DNA from: Styela clava
Lineage: Eukaryota
Direction of reading: 5' to 3'
DNA: 64,000 bases
Assembly (NCBI RefSeq): GCF_964204865.1
Contig: NC_135254.1
Coordinates: 19,778,001-19,842,000, forward strand
Shown here: positions 33,301 to 46,676 of the stretch, piece after piece
How positions within the stretch are numbered: position 1 is the stretch's first letter
How the letters are laid out: each line of letters begins with the position of its first letter
Position numbers and translations under genes: made by a program
Notes under the pieces: generated by a model
Told to the model about the DNA's origin: nothing
The model's database searches: none
Seen by the model: only the letters and a program-made list of their open reading frames with translations

Positions 33301-34210
33301 TTAGATACCATTTACTTCATCGTACTTCGCGTTCAACCTTCGTTGTGCGTTTGCCTCTGAGACTTTGATCACGCCCGATTGTACACGGATACTTACATCT
33401 CCCTTTTTCGCAATCAGGTCGTACAAATGCATTAAGCGCGTTTTAAAATAAGGAATCCAACTTTCTAAACGCCGACATCATACGACTTCCCCTGGTACTA
33501 CGCGAATGGGAAACTTCGAAAATGAAAGTTGATGAAATTAGATGGGTCAAAGAGGTAGAATTATACATGGGGTATTCGGTAAGGTTAAACGGGGTGGGCA
33601 AGATTTTTGGACCAGGGGCTAATAATATTGCCCAACTAGACTGGCGGAACATGTAAATGTGACGTGAAAAGTTACATTTTATGAACAATAATTACAGTGT
33701 TGCAAAAGTGGGAAACCATAAGCATCGTGCCAAAACTAAATTTAATCGCAATCTCAAAAACCCATTGAGCTTATTTTTTAGTCAAAACACCAAAATTTGA
33801 TTTTAGTTTGATTGCGGCTGCATCGTGTGGGTCAGATTGAATTACTCAACGGGTCGGATTTGGTCCGCGGGCAGTATTTTGCCCATGTCATGAATAGAAG
33901 GTGGGGTTATACATGAGGAGTTCAGGGAAATTTAGCGGGTCTGGATCGACATGGCGGTGGAGTAGAGAAGAGTATCTGGACCAAAGCTGAATTGAGCTGG
34001 AGGCACGCTGTGAATTATCACCAGTTCTGCATTTTCACCAACAATTGTTGGTCTCGGGTCTCGAAGAGGGTTACTCGTACCCAGCAGAGCTAATGCGTCG
34101 GACGATTCAGCATATCCACTTATCGAAAAAGATCGCGCGGAGACGTCGCACGTTTTGCACACTATGAATTGCGGTCAACCAAAATTGGAAGAAGCTATTC
34201 GAATACAGCT
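33301..34210 (-). pseudogene. Possible decayed paralogue of the last exon of the 46.7-49.5 kb gene
   Basis: Acceptor ttttcgtttag, then ELYSNSFFQFW / FIVCKTCDVSARSFSISGYAESSDALALLGTSNP / FKTRLMHLYDLIAKKGDVSIRVQSGVIKVS in different frames. These resemble EMYSVRYW / FLSCKSRSNLSAKF..PDLLAMLSLAAP / YGLKLVHHKYVIQQRRENMNCSQVGVIKTI. Interrupted by a Charlie-like relic at ~33695-33890. Confidence 0.35.
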
Positions 34211-34613
34211 CTAAACGAAAACGGGAAACGATAGGGACATCCCTAATATCGCTAGGCGGTAAGGGCGTTAAAAACGAGTAAATCCGCTTAGAAAAATAAT
34301 TTCATTACATGGTTAACAGGAATAGACAAAGTAATTTTCTCTGACGTTGAGCCCATTTTTGGCATACTTCTGCCGCAAAATCACAAAAGATTTATGATGC
34401 CTGGCTACCAATAACGTATATTGACAACCATGATAAATAGAATAGATTGTTAAGTCAAGATTAGAATACGCAATTTACTTTATTTTACTTCAATTCCTAT
34501 TGGTTTTATCATAACGTTGTGTTTTACCTCAACCAAAATAATGGCCCCAAATTTTTCTTCGACGTTGAGCCTCTTTCAGCTTCTTTGGCTTATTTTTACC
34601 TTTGTCAAATAAG

Positions 34614-35285
34614 CAGTGACGTCCCCAAATGGGACAAAAGGGGCAGCCGCCCCGGGCAGCACGTCGTAGGGGGTAGCAAAATCAAGCTGTAGAGTTGGCG
34701 TTATTACAAATGTTTTTCTCGATGCGTTTTTTTTTAAATAAAAGCTTACATTATGTGTTTAGTGTGACTGACCGTGGTGATGATGAGTCAACAATGTATG
34801 TTTCCCCGACTATTGACCCCAGAAAAATTCTTCTTATCCTATTTCATAATTGCAACATTTTTGGTGCTCATTTTAGGGGTTGTTTCGCGAGTTAACGCCT
34901 TAAAATGGTTTATATGTTTCAAACGATCAGTCCAATTCAAAATATTCAGCTCTGTTATTTAAAAGAACCAGTAGAAAAACATATTTGAAGTCTTCGATGT
35001 CAAATAAGCGCCTGTAAATTTTATCTTTGATCAGTATCGAAAAAAAATCCTGACGAGCAAGGTGAAAGAGGCTGTCGTTCAGACATTTATTGCCAGCAAA
35101 GTAGCAATTGGACAAAGAAATAAGCGTCTTGCTCATTGTTAATAAATGAGTTTTATCTTATACATGTGAGTTTGTATAACGACATCTATAATCTGTTTAT
35201 CTCCCGAAATATTTTTGAAGTTAGGGATAAGGGGCATCATTATTAAAAACTCGCCCCGGGCAGCAGAAAATTTGGCACGCCCCGG
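34614..35285 (+). mobile_element. hAT MITE (family X) with dimerisation-domain remnant
   Basis: Ends cagtgacgtcccc and ggcacgccccgg. Perfect TSD caaataag at 34606-34613 and 35286-35293. Internal KTYLKSSMSNKRL*ILSLISIEK. Confidence 0.9.
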
Positions 35286-38200
35286 CAAATAAGTTGCGTG
35301 GATCTCAATAGTTAATAGTTGTATGAAAATTTACCGTGGTTAAATGCTTTTTTATGAGATTTGCATTAAATCATTCTTTCTTGATGTTGGTTTTATACAA
35401 TGTCACAGAACTTTAAATGACAATTATTTAGCATTTTATAAGTGGAAAAATATTTTTTCCAGATGGTTCAATATTTATTTTTTACTCCACGTGACATGGT
35501 TGTTGAAATTAAGGTATCGGATTTAAAGCCATTCAAAAATTTCTGTAACTGTATAACTGTTTATGTGTTACCATCATAAATTACGGCTAGGTACTCAGTT
35601 TGAATTATCCGGGTTCTGGTGTATGAACTTATAAAACATGACGCAATAATATTGCCCAAACAGCTGCATGATTTAAAGCATATTCCACGTAGGCTTACGT
35701 AAATTGGATTTAATGCTTCAAGCTAGGATAGGTACGAACTTTTTGTCAGTTTTGAATTGAACGTAATGGGGGAGGCGCACCCTGGATACTCACACATACT
35801 GGGGTGTATGATATTTGCAAGACGATAGTAGGAACCATTCTGCTGTTTTTTTTATTACATGTTGTCAAGTACCAGTATTCGATCTGCAAGGACGGAAGAA
35901 TGCTACATAGCTCAAATTTGCATTCGATATGCATAATTCGACCCGCCTTAATTCTACCATTCGTTTAATTAATCTGTTGATTAGGGTTAATATTTTTTTC
36001 GATCGTTTAATAACGAATATGTGACATTCAGAAGTGTTGTTTCACTACAAGAGAAAAGTTAGGTTTCACCAAATATATATGTCAAGTCAAGTAGCAGATG
36101 ACGGGGTTTTGACAAATTATATATCTATCATTTCATTTTCGTGATAACGTTAGCGGACATAAACTGGTCGGAATGGGCTAATATATTGCAAGATAACCAC
36201 AATTCCTTTGGCGATCAAAACTGCATTTTGTTTGTCCGTTTGTTGTTGGTTTGTTTCTTTCAGTGTGACCAAAATAAAATATATTGATTGAACTGAGTGA
36301 TCCAGCACCGAAGCTACCTATAGGCTTAATTCGATCCGAACTATATCCAATTATAAATTGTCAGTCATCAAAAGGTCAAGATAAGTTAATATTAAAATAC
36401 CTTCAAGTCACGTCTCTGGCACTGACTGGATTTCATCCGTCGCTTCGATGACATTACTTCACCACACATACCGATTCGACCGTCATATTCGACCAAATAT
36501 GAACTGGCCAATATCTACTGATCATCTTCACTACACAAGAGATCCACCACAAACACTATAATAAATATCACATATTTATAAATACGCAAGAACGAACAGA
36601 TAAACAAGAGTAGATAATCCCGCTTCTCTGCTACATAGTTCTGTTAGGTAGCTAAATGAAATATTTCAGAAATTGATTGGTAAATGCGTTTGTGTTGTAA
36701 CAATGGACAGAAAATTAATTGTATTGTCTCGTATGAATAAATAAAATGTGACCGGTAATGGATGTTTCATCGAGCATCGACTTCTATATTTAATTCCATG
36801 ATATTGGCCAATCATCAAGAAGCTCATGATGATGTCACAATTGAAACTTAAGAAGCCATTCAGACACTTGTGTCACTCGGACAGTTTTTCAGATATGCTG
36901 GTTATCAATGGCTCGTTTTCTCGTTTCGCCACGTATTTGTAAGATTTTTAGTTCAGCTGCAGTAAGTCCCTTAGATGAGAGATGGTGTGACGCATGGCGC
37001 GGCGGTAAAGCGCATCGTGCTAAGCGTAAAGCGGATATATTTGACAACAAAGTCTGTGCCACCACTGTCCAACTCAACTAATAATTCCAGTTTGGATAAG
37101 ACATAAAAAAAGACTTTTTCATTGTTACTAAAATACTTTGGTCATTGTAATATTCCGGGTATTATTAATATATATTACAATAATACTTTATAAATAAGTA
37201 AACAATATTACCACATCAAATACAAAGTAATATATCCTCTCCCAAAACCACAAATCTCTTCTCCGATCTCGTTATCTGCGCGAAAATTTGACCAAGGCCA
37301 AAGTTTTTCTTTATTCGTAAAAATTTCTTATGGCTGGTTGTAAATAAAGTATCAACTATTAATTATGCATTAGCGTTCGTACAATCTGTTTCTGGGAAAC
37401 CGCCTAATTTTATTTGATTTTTTTTTCAAATTTAAAAATGATTTCTCGATTAGATTTTGCATGTGATAAATATAATGGTGAAGAAATACAAATGATTTAT
37501 ATGGTGAATTTTTTTAAGACTAGTGTGTCTTTCCTTTTATTTAATTAAGGTTTCCCAAATATATATATATACCATGTTTTTTATGTTCGTTTTTTTTAAT
37601 TGTTTTACTTTTGACTCGTGAATCTTGGTGTCGCAGACTAATGACCAGTTCTCAGCGACATCTTGTCAATCGCGATGAAATTCGGTATTCTCATGTATAA
37701 TAGTTTGTGATTGAAATATTTGAAGCTATTTTGTGAGTTGTCTAAACGTGGAAGTTTGGAAACGTTGGAAGTAATTAATAGACTGAGTGATGGAAAGACC
37801 TCATGATATACATCCATTAACTGTTTAGGAGGAGCATCGTCGAATCTTCTGAACCGCTCCACCGAAAACAAGCGGACCAATCGCACCCAGGCTAAGAAAC
37901 ACTGTCTTGTTGCATGATTAGGAATGGTTAGAATTCTAGAATTCAACTTTTTTTTTCAAATTATAGCTGTATGACACCACACAAAATTCGTTACGAGTAC
38001 GACCCGGTGGATGTTTGCAAGCGCAGTCATTTGCCGCTTGGAGTCTTCCGCGGCAGTGGATACATTCTGACATTTGTGCACCATTTTCGCAATATGTTGA
38101 CAGGGTTTCATGTTGCAATGGCTGTAGATGCATCGTGGTAATGTCCATCCATATCTGTAAGTCAGTTCCGGTAATCAAAGGAACCTGTCTAGGTCGAGTT

Positions 38201-38429
38201 ATACTTTGAAGACGCCACATATGTTACGGTATATTCCACGAGTAGGCTACATAACTTATGAGATATACTGATATAACTGCAGGATCTTGTAGCATAAAGT
38301 GTACCGTACTAGAGGATAAATAAAGGCCATATGAGTAAAATTTTACATACATTTCTTCATATATGTGTATACAGATTTCATATCCTTCCAAGAGCATATA
38401 AGTTAGTGATGTATTGTCTGCAATGGCTT

Positions 38430-38830
38430 TTGACAGTACTGCTTATACCTCGGCTGATTAATCCTGGATTGCTGTTCAATTCAATATTTATTGGATTTTC
38501 GTGATTTCCCTTTTTCTGACGCGACAACCATTGCTTTTTAACTCATTTGCTATACCATTCAATATTTTTTTCTCTCTTATATCTAAGGCAATTTTTGGAT
38601 TGTGACAAACGAGGTAAAAAGAACGGATTTGCCGAAGTTGATCTTCTGTTGGAGGTATGAATGTTTCTCAGTCTGGTAAAATAGCCATCAAATGTAATAG
38701 GTAGTAAATTATTGTGATATTCATGCATTAGCTTACAGACCTCTTATTTATGAATATCCGCAAGTTTTGGAATGATGGTTTGTCATTTTGGTCACTATGG
38801 AGGATTCTAATGACCTTATTCTGAAGCACT
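38430..38830 (-). mobile_element. 5'-truncated LINE (CR1/L2/Crack-like) ORF2 C-terminal fragment
   Basis: LQNKVIRIL followed by MHEYHNNLLPITFDGYFTRLRNIHTSNRRS..FFLPR, the typical post-RT tail of this LINE group. Confidence 0.7.
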
Positions 38831-38844
38831 AAGCAAGCTGACGA

Positions 38845-39485
38845 GCCAGAAAAATCCTAGTTACACCGCACGCAAGCCAAGTCATATTTATTAATCCCTC
38901 GCTTAATCGTTTGTTTTTCTTTTTCATCTGATCCTCTGCTAATAAGTGGTCATTTTGTACACGAAACTTGAAATAATGAAATACAATAATATACAGCAAT
39001 AATCGCGAAATTCGTTCAGGTTCATTCGCGGGCCGTTTTTCCAAAGTTCTCATATTTTTCATTTTGTCAAGACTAGTTTTTTATTTCACATTTTGTTTTT
39101 TCATATGGGTTTTCGATTGGTATCAAGTTGTTGTGTTTGATTATTACTCGATATGTTTATCCTCGGTTTGTGCGCTTGATATTCCAACGGTTGATGTTCT
39201 GACTCCTTTTCAGAAGGTGCCGTCTGTCGGGTATCCAATGTAGCAAAGAAAAATGATTTTTTGTGATTGGTTGCTAAATCTGTTGTAGGCAGCGCTGTTG
39301 TATATTTGACGTTTACGCTAGATATTCATATTTTTGAGCGCATAGAAAACAGTTCCAAACAGACTGGCAAGCCAGAAAATATCCAGTTTACACTCACACA
39401 TGCCAAGTTATATTAATTAAGCCCTCGCTTAATCATTTGTTCGTCTATTTTAGCTGATCCTCTGCTAATAGGTGGACATTTGTAA
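38845..39485. repeat. Diverged ~120-bp direct duplication (~38853-38960 and ~39370-39485)
   Basis: Both contain agccagaaaa..gccaagt..ccctcgcttaatc.tttgtt..ctgatcctctgctaata.gtgg.cattt. Confidence 0.75.
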
Positions 39486-40428
39486 ACTTGTTTTGGTATC
39501 CCAAGGGCATGACAGTGTAATGTCGTTGTACCATACAGTTCTTCAAATAGCCGCGTTTTTTATTACTTCAAATTGTTTCTAATTTTATTGTTGGAGAGTA
39601 GTAGAATAATTTTAGGTTAAAATACGTCCAACTAACTGTTAACTGAAGGCGCTTAAATTCACTCAATATGCTAGATAACGTCACTGCTACAAAGGCGGAA
39701 CACTGGACAAACTTGTGCGTGCACTGAAAAATATACACAAAGAGAAACTAATTCATAGAATAAAGCCGGGATAAAATAATGATTATGAGACGGAATGTGT
39801 TTGTGCGTTAAACTGTGTTTGAAAAGACAAAGATTTGGCGCTGGTTGATTTTAAATTTAGCCGACAGATTACTAAAATGCTTTGCTTTTATACATTTCGT
39901 ATCACATTAATGGAATTTGAAATTCAAAAAATAAATAAAAATACGCTCATTGCGTTAATGAGCCTTGTTGGCAGTAATTGTGACAAAATTATACCACTTT
40001 GAGCTTTTAAAAAAAAAAATGCGGATTCGGCTCACCTTCATGCAGGTACATCCTAGAACTCTTATTTGTAGTGCGATTGTTGGCGAAACACTGACCCGCA
40101 TTTTATTCGTGACCCGCCAAGGCACGAATAAAATAAAAATAAATGCTAACATATTAGTGATAAAAATTAATAAAACCGGCTTTAAATTGATCTAACAGTA
40201 ACTAAACTATTATATTGTACCGTCATTCATATTCGAATTGTTAATTTATCGTTCTCGGCCGGTATGGTCATTTTCGAAACCCCTAATCTTGGACGTATGT
40301 ATGCACCGCTGTGTACCGTTATTCAGCTATTGGCTCTGACGTAGTTTATGACCTAACAATGCATTTGGTCTGTTCATTTCTCGCAACGTCTCGTCTCTTT
40401 CGGAAGTGCATCTGCAGACTGTTTAGGG

Positions 40429-41694
40429 CAGGGTCGGCCAACATTTTTGGCCGACGGGCCACATTTAGTTTACTAAATGGTAAATTAACATGGAATATAT
40501 GGTAAATATTTTTCTAGTTTTGCTACACTGACTAAAAGTTAAGGACAAAAAAGTTAAAAACAAACAAAACCCTCGCATCAAACTTTCTCAATAATAAGAA
40601 CAATGAAAAAACGAAGATACTGTAAAGTCAACAAAGGTCTTTCTACGCGTAGATATTTTGGTGTGAAGTTTGAACAAGTTTTCAATATTTGCTGAAATGG
40701 ACGATGTAGCAATGCGAAGCCAATTTTTATATAACTGTCAGAAATTAGTGATCTCACTTGCTTATACAAGTAAGTGTTGACGAATAATGAGGTCAATAAA
40801 ACTGCCATTCTGTGAATCCTCTGAAATTCTTTCTTTAGAGACGTATTTTCTGTAAAATTGAGTAATGGCAAGTCTTTAAACCTCTCCTTTAAATTAGACT
40901 GTTAATTGTACGTTATTTAAGCGCCAAAGCAATCCAAAGTTGTCAACTCATCAATATTTTGCTTAATTGCCAAAACATCAAAGATTTTATGCATGTACAT
41001 ACCAGGCCTAAACCTACAGCATTGGCAATTATCATTTATGACCCCAGCATAGAGGGAGAAGGGGGCAGTCACCCCGGGCAGCACGTTATAGAGGGCAGCA
41101 GAACCTAGCCTAGTTTTTCACAGCTATTTCCGGTCCAATTTTTGATTAGCAGCAATTACACTATAAGTAAACAGAATAATCATCGAATTATTGGATCCGC
41201 ACTGAAATTTCCGAACATAATCAAAAACTTTGCATATTCTTTATTACTCATAATTGGCTATTCAATTGCTAGTTGCGAACGATCTTTCTCAAAGTTGAAA
41301 CAGATAAAAACATATTTAATGTCTTCGATGTCAAACCAGGGCCTGTTAGGTTTATCTTTGATCAGCATCGAAAAGGCATTCCTGACTAACGAGGTGAAAA
41401 AACTTGTTGTTCAGACATTTGTAGCGATTGGACATGTTTTTGCTAATAAATGTGTTCGATCTTGTAAATATGAGTTTGTTGCTTAGGTTGATGATTTATT
41501 TAATAAAACAAACGTTTTCATTTATTCTCATGCATAACAACATCTATAATTTGTTCATTCCACGAAATATTTTTTAAGTTAGATATATGGGGCAGCATTA
41601 TCCGAAACTCGCCCCGGGCAGCAGGAGAGTTCGGCACGCTCCTGCTCCTAGGCGGGCCACACGTGGCCCGCGGGCCACGGGTTTGACGACCCTG
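40429..41694 (-). mobile_element. Charlie/Buster-type hAT non-autonomous element carrying a nested family-X element
   Basis: Ends cagggtcggccaac and gtttgacgaccctg. Perfect TSD gtttaggg at 40421-40428 and 41695-41702. Minus-strand remnant AVLLTSLFVNTYLYKQ resembles the GTF2IRD2/SPIN-type transposase C-terminus. Confidence 0.88.
41046..41644 (+). mobile_element. hAT family-X element nested in the Charlie element; hAT dimerisation domain remnant
   Basis: Same gccccgggcagca subterminal motifs and right end (ggcacgctcctg) as the 32951 and 34614 copies. ORF 41142-41486 contains FPNI..SIASCERSFSKLKQIKTYLMSSMSNQGLLGLSLISIEK. The left end is degraded. Confidence 0.82.
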
Positions 41695-42174
41695 GTTTAG
41701 GGGTTATACGTGAACTAGATGCTATTTTATTAGTTGCTCACATACAATGCCGTTCAGAAAACAAAATCTTTGAGACTTAAAAAATAAAAACCTAGAAATA
41801 ACAATGATGCAGTGTGGAAGTGCCTTAATGTGGTTGAAAGCTGATCGAAAAATATCAATTTCAGAGTGGAATTCCCTCCAAACTCTTTGAAACCGTAAAA
41901 TAATTTACCGCTTCATCCTAAACAATTTTTTGTTATTCATACGCGTGTTTTCGTACTCTAATTTCATAAAATCGAGTGCCATAAAAAGTCCCTGATAGAA
42001 GTGCTGCATAATAAAGCCAAAAAAAAACACCAACACCAACAGAAGCTTTTAGGATTTGTTCCAGTTTCTTATAGATACAAACATCAATTAAATATCTGTG
42101 ACCCACCCTCTTCTGTTCGCGATAAAAATATAATTTTTGACCCATTCATTGAAAAAGGTTCGCCATCTCTACAA

Positions 42175-43345
42175 TAAACCTTAGTCATCCGAAACCCATC
42201 CTACGCGCAAAATTGAAAGTGGAGTGAACAAAACAATTTTAACATTGGATCTTATGAGGAATGTGATCACCAGCGCGGAGATTTGCCTTTTTTGTGATTT
42301 TCTAGTTATCTTTCGTTGTAAACGTGGGCAGTTTCATATATAGAGTGATTTTTAGATATTCTTCGATATTTTTATGACGATAAACATGGTCAAGTTTTTG
42401 ATAATCGTTCATTGAAATTTTAATGGGCGTGGTGTTGCCGCTGACGTCACTCCACCTAGTCCTACATGACAATCTTCCAACCGGTGTATGCGCGCTGACT
42501 GCAGCGCTAATGTCGCCTTGGGTACAGTACCGTACCGGTAATGGGAGCGTGTAACATTGACAGTCTTTTACCATTTCACTCGCGTTTGTTTACTGGTTTT
42601 ACGCACATATACCTGTACAGTTAGCAACTATCTACTGAAGGCATGCTGACTTGTTATTTATTTTAAACCACCAGTACGTACCAAGGGGGTGAAAACTAAA
42701 TCATAACGGAAATGTTAGCAAATAGATCTCGGTAAGATAAGTTGTATACAAAAACAAATATATATCTCCAATCTATTACAATAATCAGTACCGGTATCTT
42801 AACTAGGTTAAAAAACATGTCAGCATGCCATAGAGAAAGGTCGCTTGCTGTATCCGTAGGCGTAGGGTATGCGCGAAGCCAGTAAGGAAAAGTGAATCTG
42901 ACTGAATAAGTGAACAGACTGTCATTCCGGCTAAACTTTACTAACTAAAATAGGCCTTCAATTAAACGTCAAACACGGTATGTTGTGGTTCGGTATCCTG
43001 TTATAACAATATAAGAAACAAGAGCAGTTGGAGCGCATATTTTACAGACCACAACCCGTTGGCAGAATGTCATGATGTAGTGAGAAAGACGCCAGCGGAA
43101 ACACCACGCTCCTTTGAATTTCAATAAAAGATTATCAAAAATCTTGACCATGTTCATCATGATAGAAAAATATAAAAAGATATGCTATCCTTAAAACTGC
43201 ACATGTCTACAATAAAAAATAACAGGAAAATTCAAATTTCTGCTCTGGTGATCCCCTATCCACAAAATAGCTAATGTTAAAATCGTTTTGTTTATGCCAC
43301 TTTTATTTTTCGCGCGTAGGATGGGTTTTAAATGACTAAGGTCTA
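42175..43345. mobile_element. Foldback element with ~500-bp imperfect TIRs
   Basis: taaaccttagtcat..aacccatcctacgcgc pairs with cgcgcgtaggatgggtt..atgactaaggtcta. Inner pairs: catggtcaag/cttgaccatg, tgatcaccag/ctggtgatc and ggcatgctgac/gtcagcatgcc. Confidence 0.88.
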
Positions 43346-43616
43346 TGACGAATTTTTATTGAAAAAACTAAAATGAACAAGAACTAAAAATGAGATATCT
43401 TTTTATTTTCACGAATAAAGCAAACGCAAACGATAGTTCCAGATGAACGACTCCAGCTATAAATGCACTTGCTTCCAAACAATTCAGTATGTGTATTGTA
43501 ATTTTTGAAAATTGGGTAGCCTCGTCGTGAGCTGTCATGCGTGGCGTTGTTAATTAAGTAAGATTCTGATACACCCGTTCTTCGTCAGTAGCGGTAGCGC
43601 AGGGGATACTTAGAGA

Positions 43617-44010
43617 CTTTAGATTGAACATTAGGCCAGGTATCAAGAGGGCACGTAGAGAATTTAGATTGAACATTAGGCCAGGTATCAAGAGTTCGAG
43701 CCCCACCGAGTTGTAGGGCAGGATCAACACACAATACAGGTGGTCGGGATAAAAAAAAAAAGGAGCCGGTGATTGGACAGCAGGCCCATGAAAATAAAAA
43801 TGATGAAGGTGGTGGTGGTAGAAACCTGGGTAGACAGCAGCAGGCAAGCCGCCAAGTAAAGATGATGCCATCGAAGTGTCGAAATTGTGGGGGAAGGATC
43901 AGCACACAATACAGGTGGTGGTGGTAAAAAGGGAACCGATGGCAGAGCGACAGCCCAGGAAAATAAAAATGATGAAGATGGTAGTGGGAACCTGGGTGGA
44001 GACAGTGTCG
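43617..44010. repeat. Nested short direct duplications (32-bp exact repeat; ~175-bp diverged pair)
   Basis: tttagattgaacattaggccaggtatcaagag occurs twice. ggatca.cacacaatacaggtggt..gaaaataaaaatgatgaag.tggt..acctgggt occurs at ~43721 and ~43897. Confidence 0.8.
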
Positions 44011-44314
44011 AGAAAATAAAAGAGTGTGCAGAAAGAATAGAAATCAGCTAGTGCGAGTGCGGTCCCAGGGAGGAAAACAATAAAAACGAGCAAGCGATCG
44101 TAAGTCAAGTAAGTAAATAATAATAAGTAGATAATATACAATACAAGTAAAATGAAATACGGCGATCCGGCATTGCAGGAAAAGGAGAATGAATGTCAAC
44201 ACATACCCACGCATACTTGCGTGGTGCAATACCAATCAATATCAACTGACGCAGCAAGGAGATGAAGCAAAGGAGGTAGCTAGGGGCATATTGTAGAGCG
44301 TATATGCTGTAGGC

Positions 44315-45418
44315 CAGGCCTGCCCAACCTTTTTCGTCTCACGGGCCACTTTCACGTGACGAAATTCGTTGCGCACCGCAAGCGTTTGTACCAAACATTA
44401 ATATATATCAGCTAGGCCCTGATTTCGGTATAGGTAATTTACATAATACATAAAAGACAAGTTTATTACAATAAAATCAATCAAGGTAATTATTGCTTTT
44501 TGGTTACTGCGTAGAGCTGGCAAATTATTCGAGTATCAAGTCGAATATTAGAATAGCAGTTTAATATTCGAATATCTGGTAACACGGGAGTGGACATTAC
44601 ACTGGTGGGCCGCCGAATCAAAGAATCAATTATTACACTTGCGGTTTTTTGACGACCACACGAGGCCACACACATCACGTCAAAATTGAGTGTTATATTT
44701 GCGTTATAATGTTTTCATTCATTCGCAGCTATGATACTGCCTCAACGTTTAAATTAGCATAACGTGCACCAATGTCACGGGAATATCAAGTTTACGTGGG
44801 CCGTTTCGTAAAATTTGAAATACCAATACAAGTATTTAATAAAGCAACATTACACAGCTTTGAATAGCCTATATATACTGATTTGTGACTAATATGTAGC
44901 AATGCCATAAGTCAATTTCATCAGAATTATTGACGGATACGCAGTGACGACATTTCCGAAATATGATTTAACGCAAACATAACATAAACAAAAATACAAA
45001 CCGAAAAGGGTGAGTCCCGGGATCAGTAGCAAAGATATTGTTGAATTTTTGCTTTACGTTGGCAATAAAGACGATCAAAGCCGACACGAAAGAAATCAAT
45101 CAGAATGAGAATAATTTGCAAACTCAGGCTTCAAATTCGTTCTTATAATTGCGCTCAGCGTTCGTCCCCATTTATCGCCCAATATCTTCCGAGTTGGTAG
45201 AACAGAACGCACAGTTTTGCAAGAAATAAAAAGAAAAATGACGTCGATGTCCACCAAGGTGCATACGTAATAATAAGAACCCGCACTTGAATGTAGATAG
45301 ATGGCAGAATAAGCACATCAAATTCACGAAATATATAATATAGTAAAAATTTGCCCACAAACTTTAAAAGGCGGACCGCAAAAAAACAGTCCGACGGGCC
45401 GCGTGTTGGGCAGCCTTG
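44315..45418. mobile_element. Charlie-type hAT MITE
   Basis: Ends caggcctgcccaac and gttgggcagccttg. Perfect TSD ctgtaggc at 44307-44314 and 45419-45426. Confidence 0.9.
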
Positions 45419-46676
45419 CTGTAGGCAATATGCTTTGTGTAAAAAAATATTATTGCCAAGTGCAAAGCGAAATAAAGATCGCAGAAAATCGACTTTTTCA
45501 AAGTATACAATGTATTCAATTTCTACTAGACTCCGTATGGCGAGCGACTCGTACGAAAATATTTTATCGTTGAGTAAGTCTGTTTGCTCTCTTTTAATTT
45601 GGTGTTAGCAAAATGTAATTTGGTGGATATAAAACATCTCTATTTGAGTATTGGAAAATTTATGATGAGTAATAACCTAAATCATTGCTCAATTCAATGT
45701 CTATGATGAAAATGTCAAAATGGTTTTGTATGATAATAAAGAAATAAAATCGCATAAACTGCAATAAATGTATGTATCTATCACACTTAATGAATAGATA
45801 AAAAAAATCTTAGATTCATATTTGTTGAATGCAATGAACTGATATTTTCATACATATTGTAGACAAAAAAAACTAGGATAATCATTTTTTTAAATATTTA
45901 TTCTTCTTAAATAATCTTATAACCTTATTTACATTGTAGCGTACCGACAGTCTATGAAAGAATTATCCAGGTTCAGAATATCTTCCAATATGATCTGAGG
46001 TCAAGTTTCCTCTCAATATTCACTTAAATTTATACTATTCTGTTCTATTTATTAATTATCCTCCAATGAAACGGTTAATACAACCAAATACTCCAAAGAA
46101 ACGGAAAGCACACAACAAAAACAACAATACCCGGCAGTGAAATGTAAGTTAACTTATGACAGGCATTTTAAAAGACGATAAACAATTCTATATGTGCACA
46201 ACATTTGAACACAACTGATGATAGCTAATTTTATGATAAAACTGAAAATACAACACTAAATGAACTGCAATGGCATCGCACTCAAACCAAAACATGATCC
46301 CATTGTCCAGCACAAAACATCTAACCAATCCCAATCCAACAGTCACAAAACCACAAACAAAAATCCCCGATCACTCACCGGAGACCAGAGGCACTCCCTC
46401 AGACACTCAAAACCAAACATCCAACCAAAAAACAACCACACTGTACCATCCACAGCACACGCTAACAGGACACCAAGGGGCAGATCGACAGTGTCACCAG
46501 AGCCATTATATCACAGCGCCCTCAGTGTTAAAAATATAGCAATAATATCACATGACATCATTTAAAAGATAAAACAAGGGTCGTCGCAACATCAAAACTT
46601 TATTTGAACTGGATTTTTTACCAGTTGTTGCAAGCTATCAAACGTTACTAACGCCATATTTTTTTAAATTACCAAC

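Noticed and set aside
46260-46565. Q/N/T/H/K-rich ORFs
   Set aside because: They arise from strong C/A strand skew (few stops possible), with no splice or domain support.
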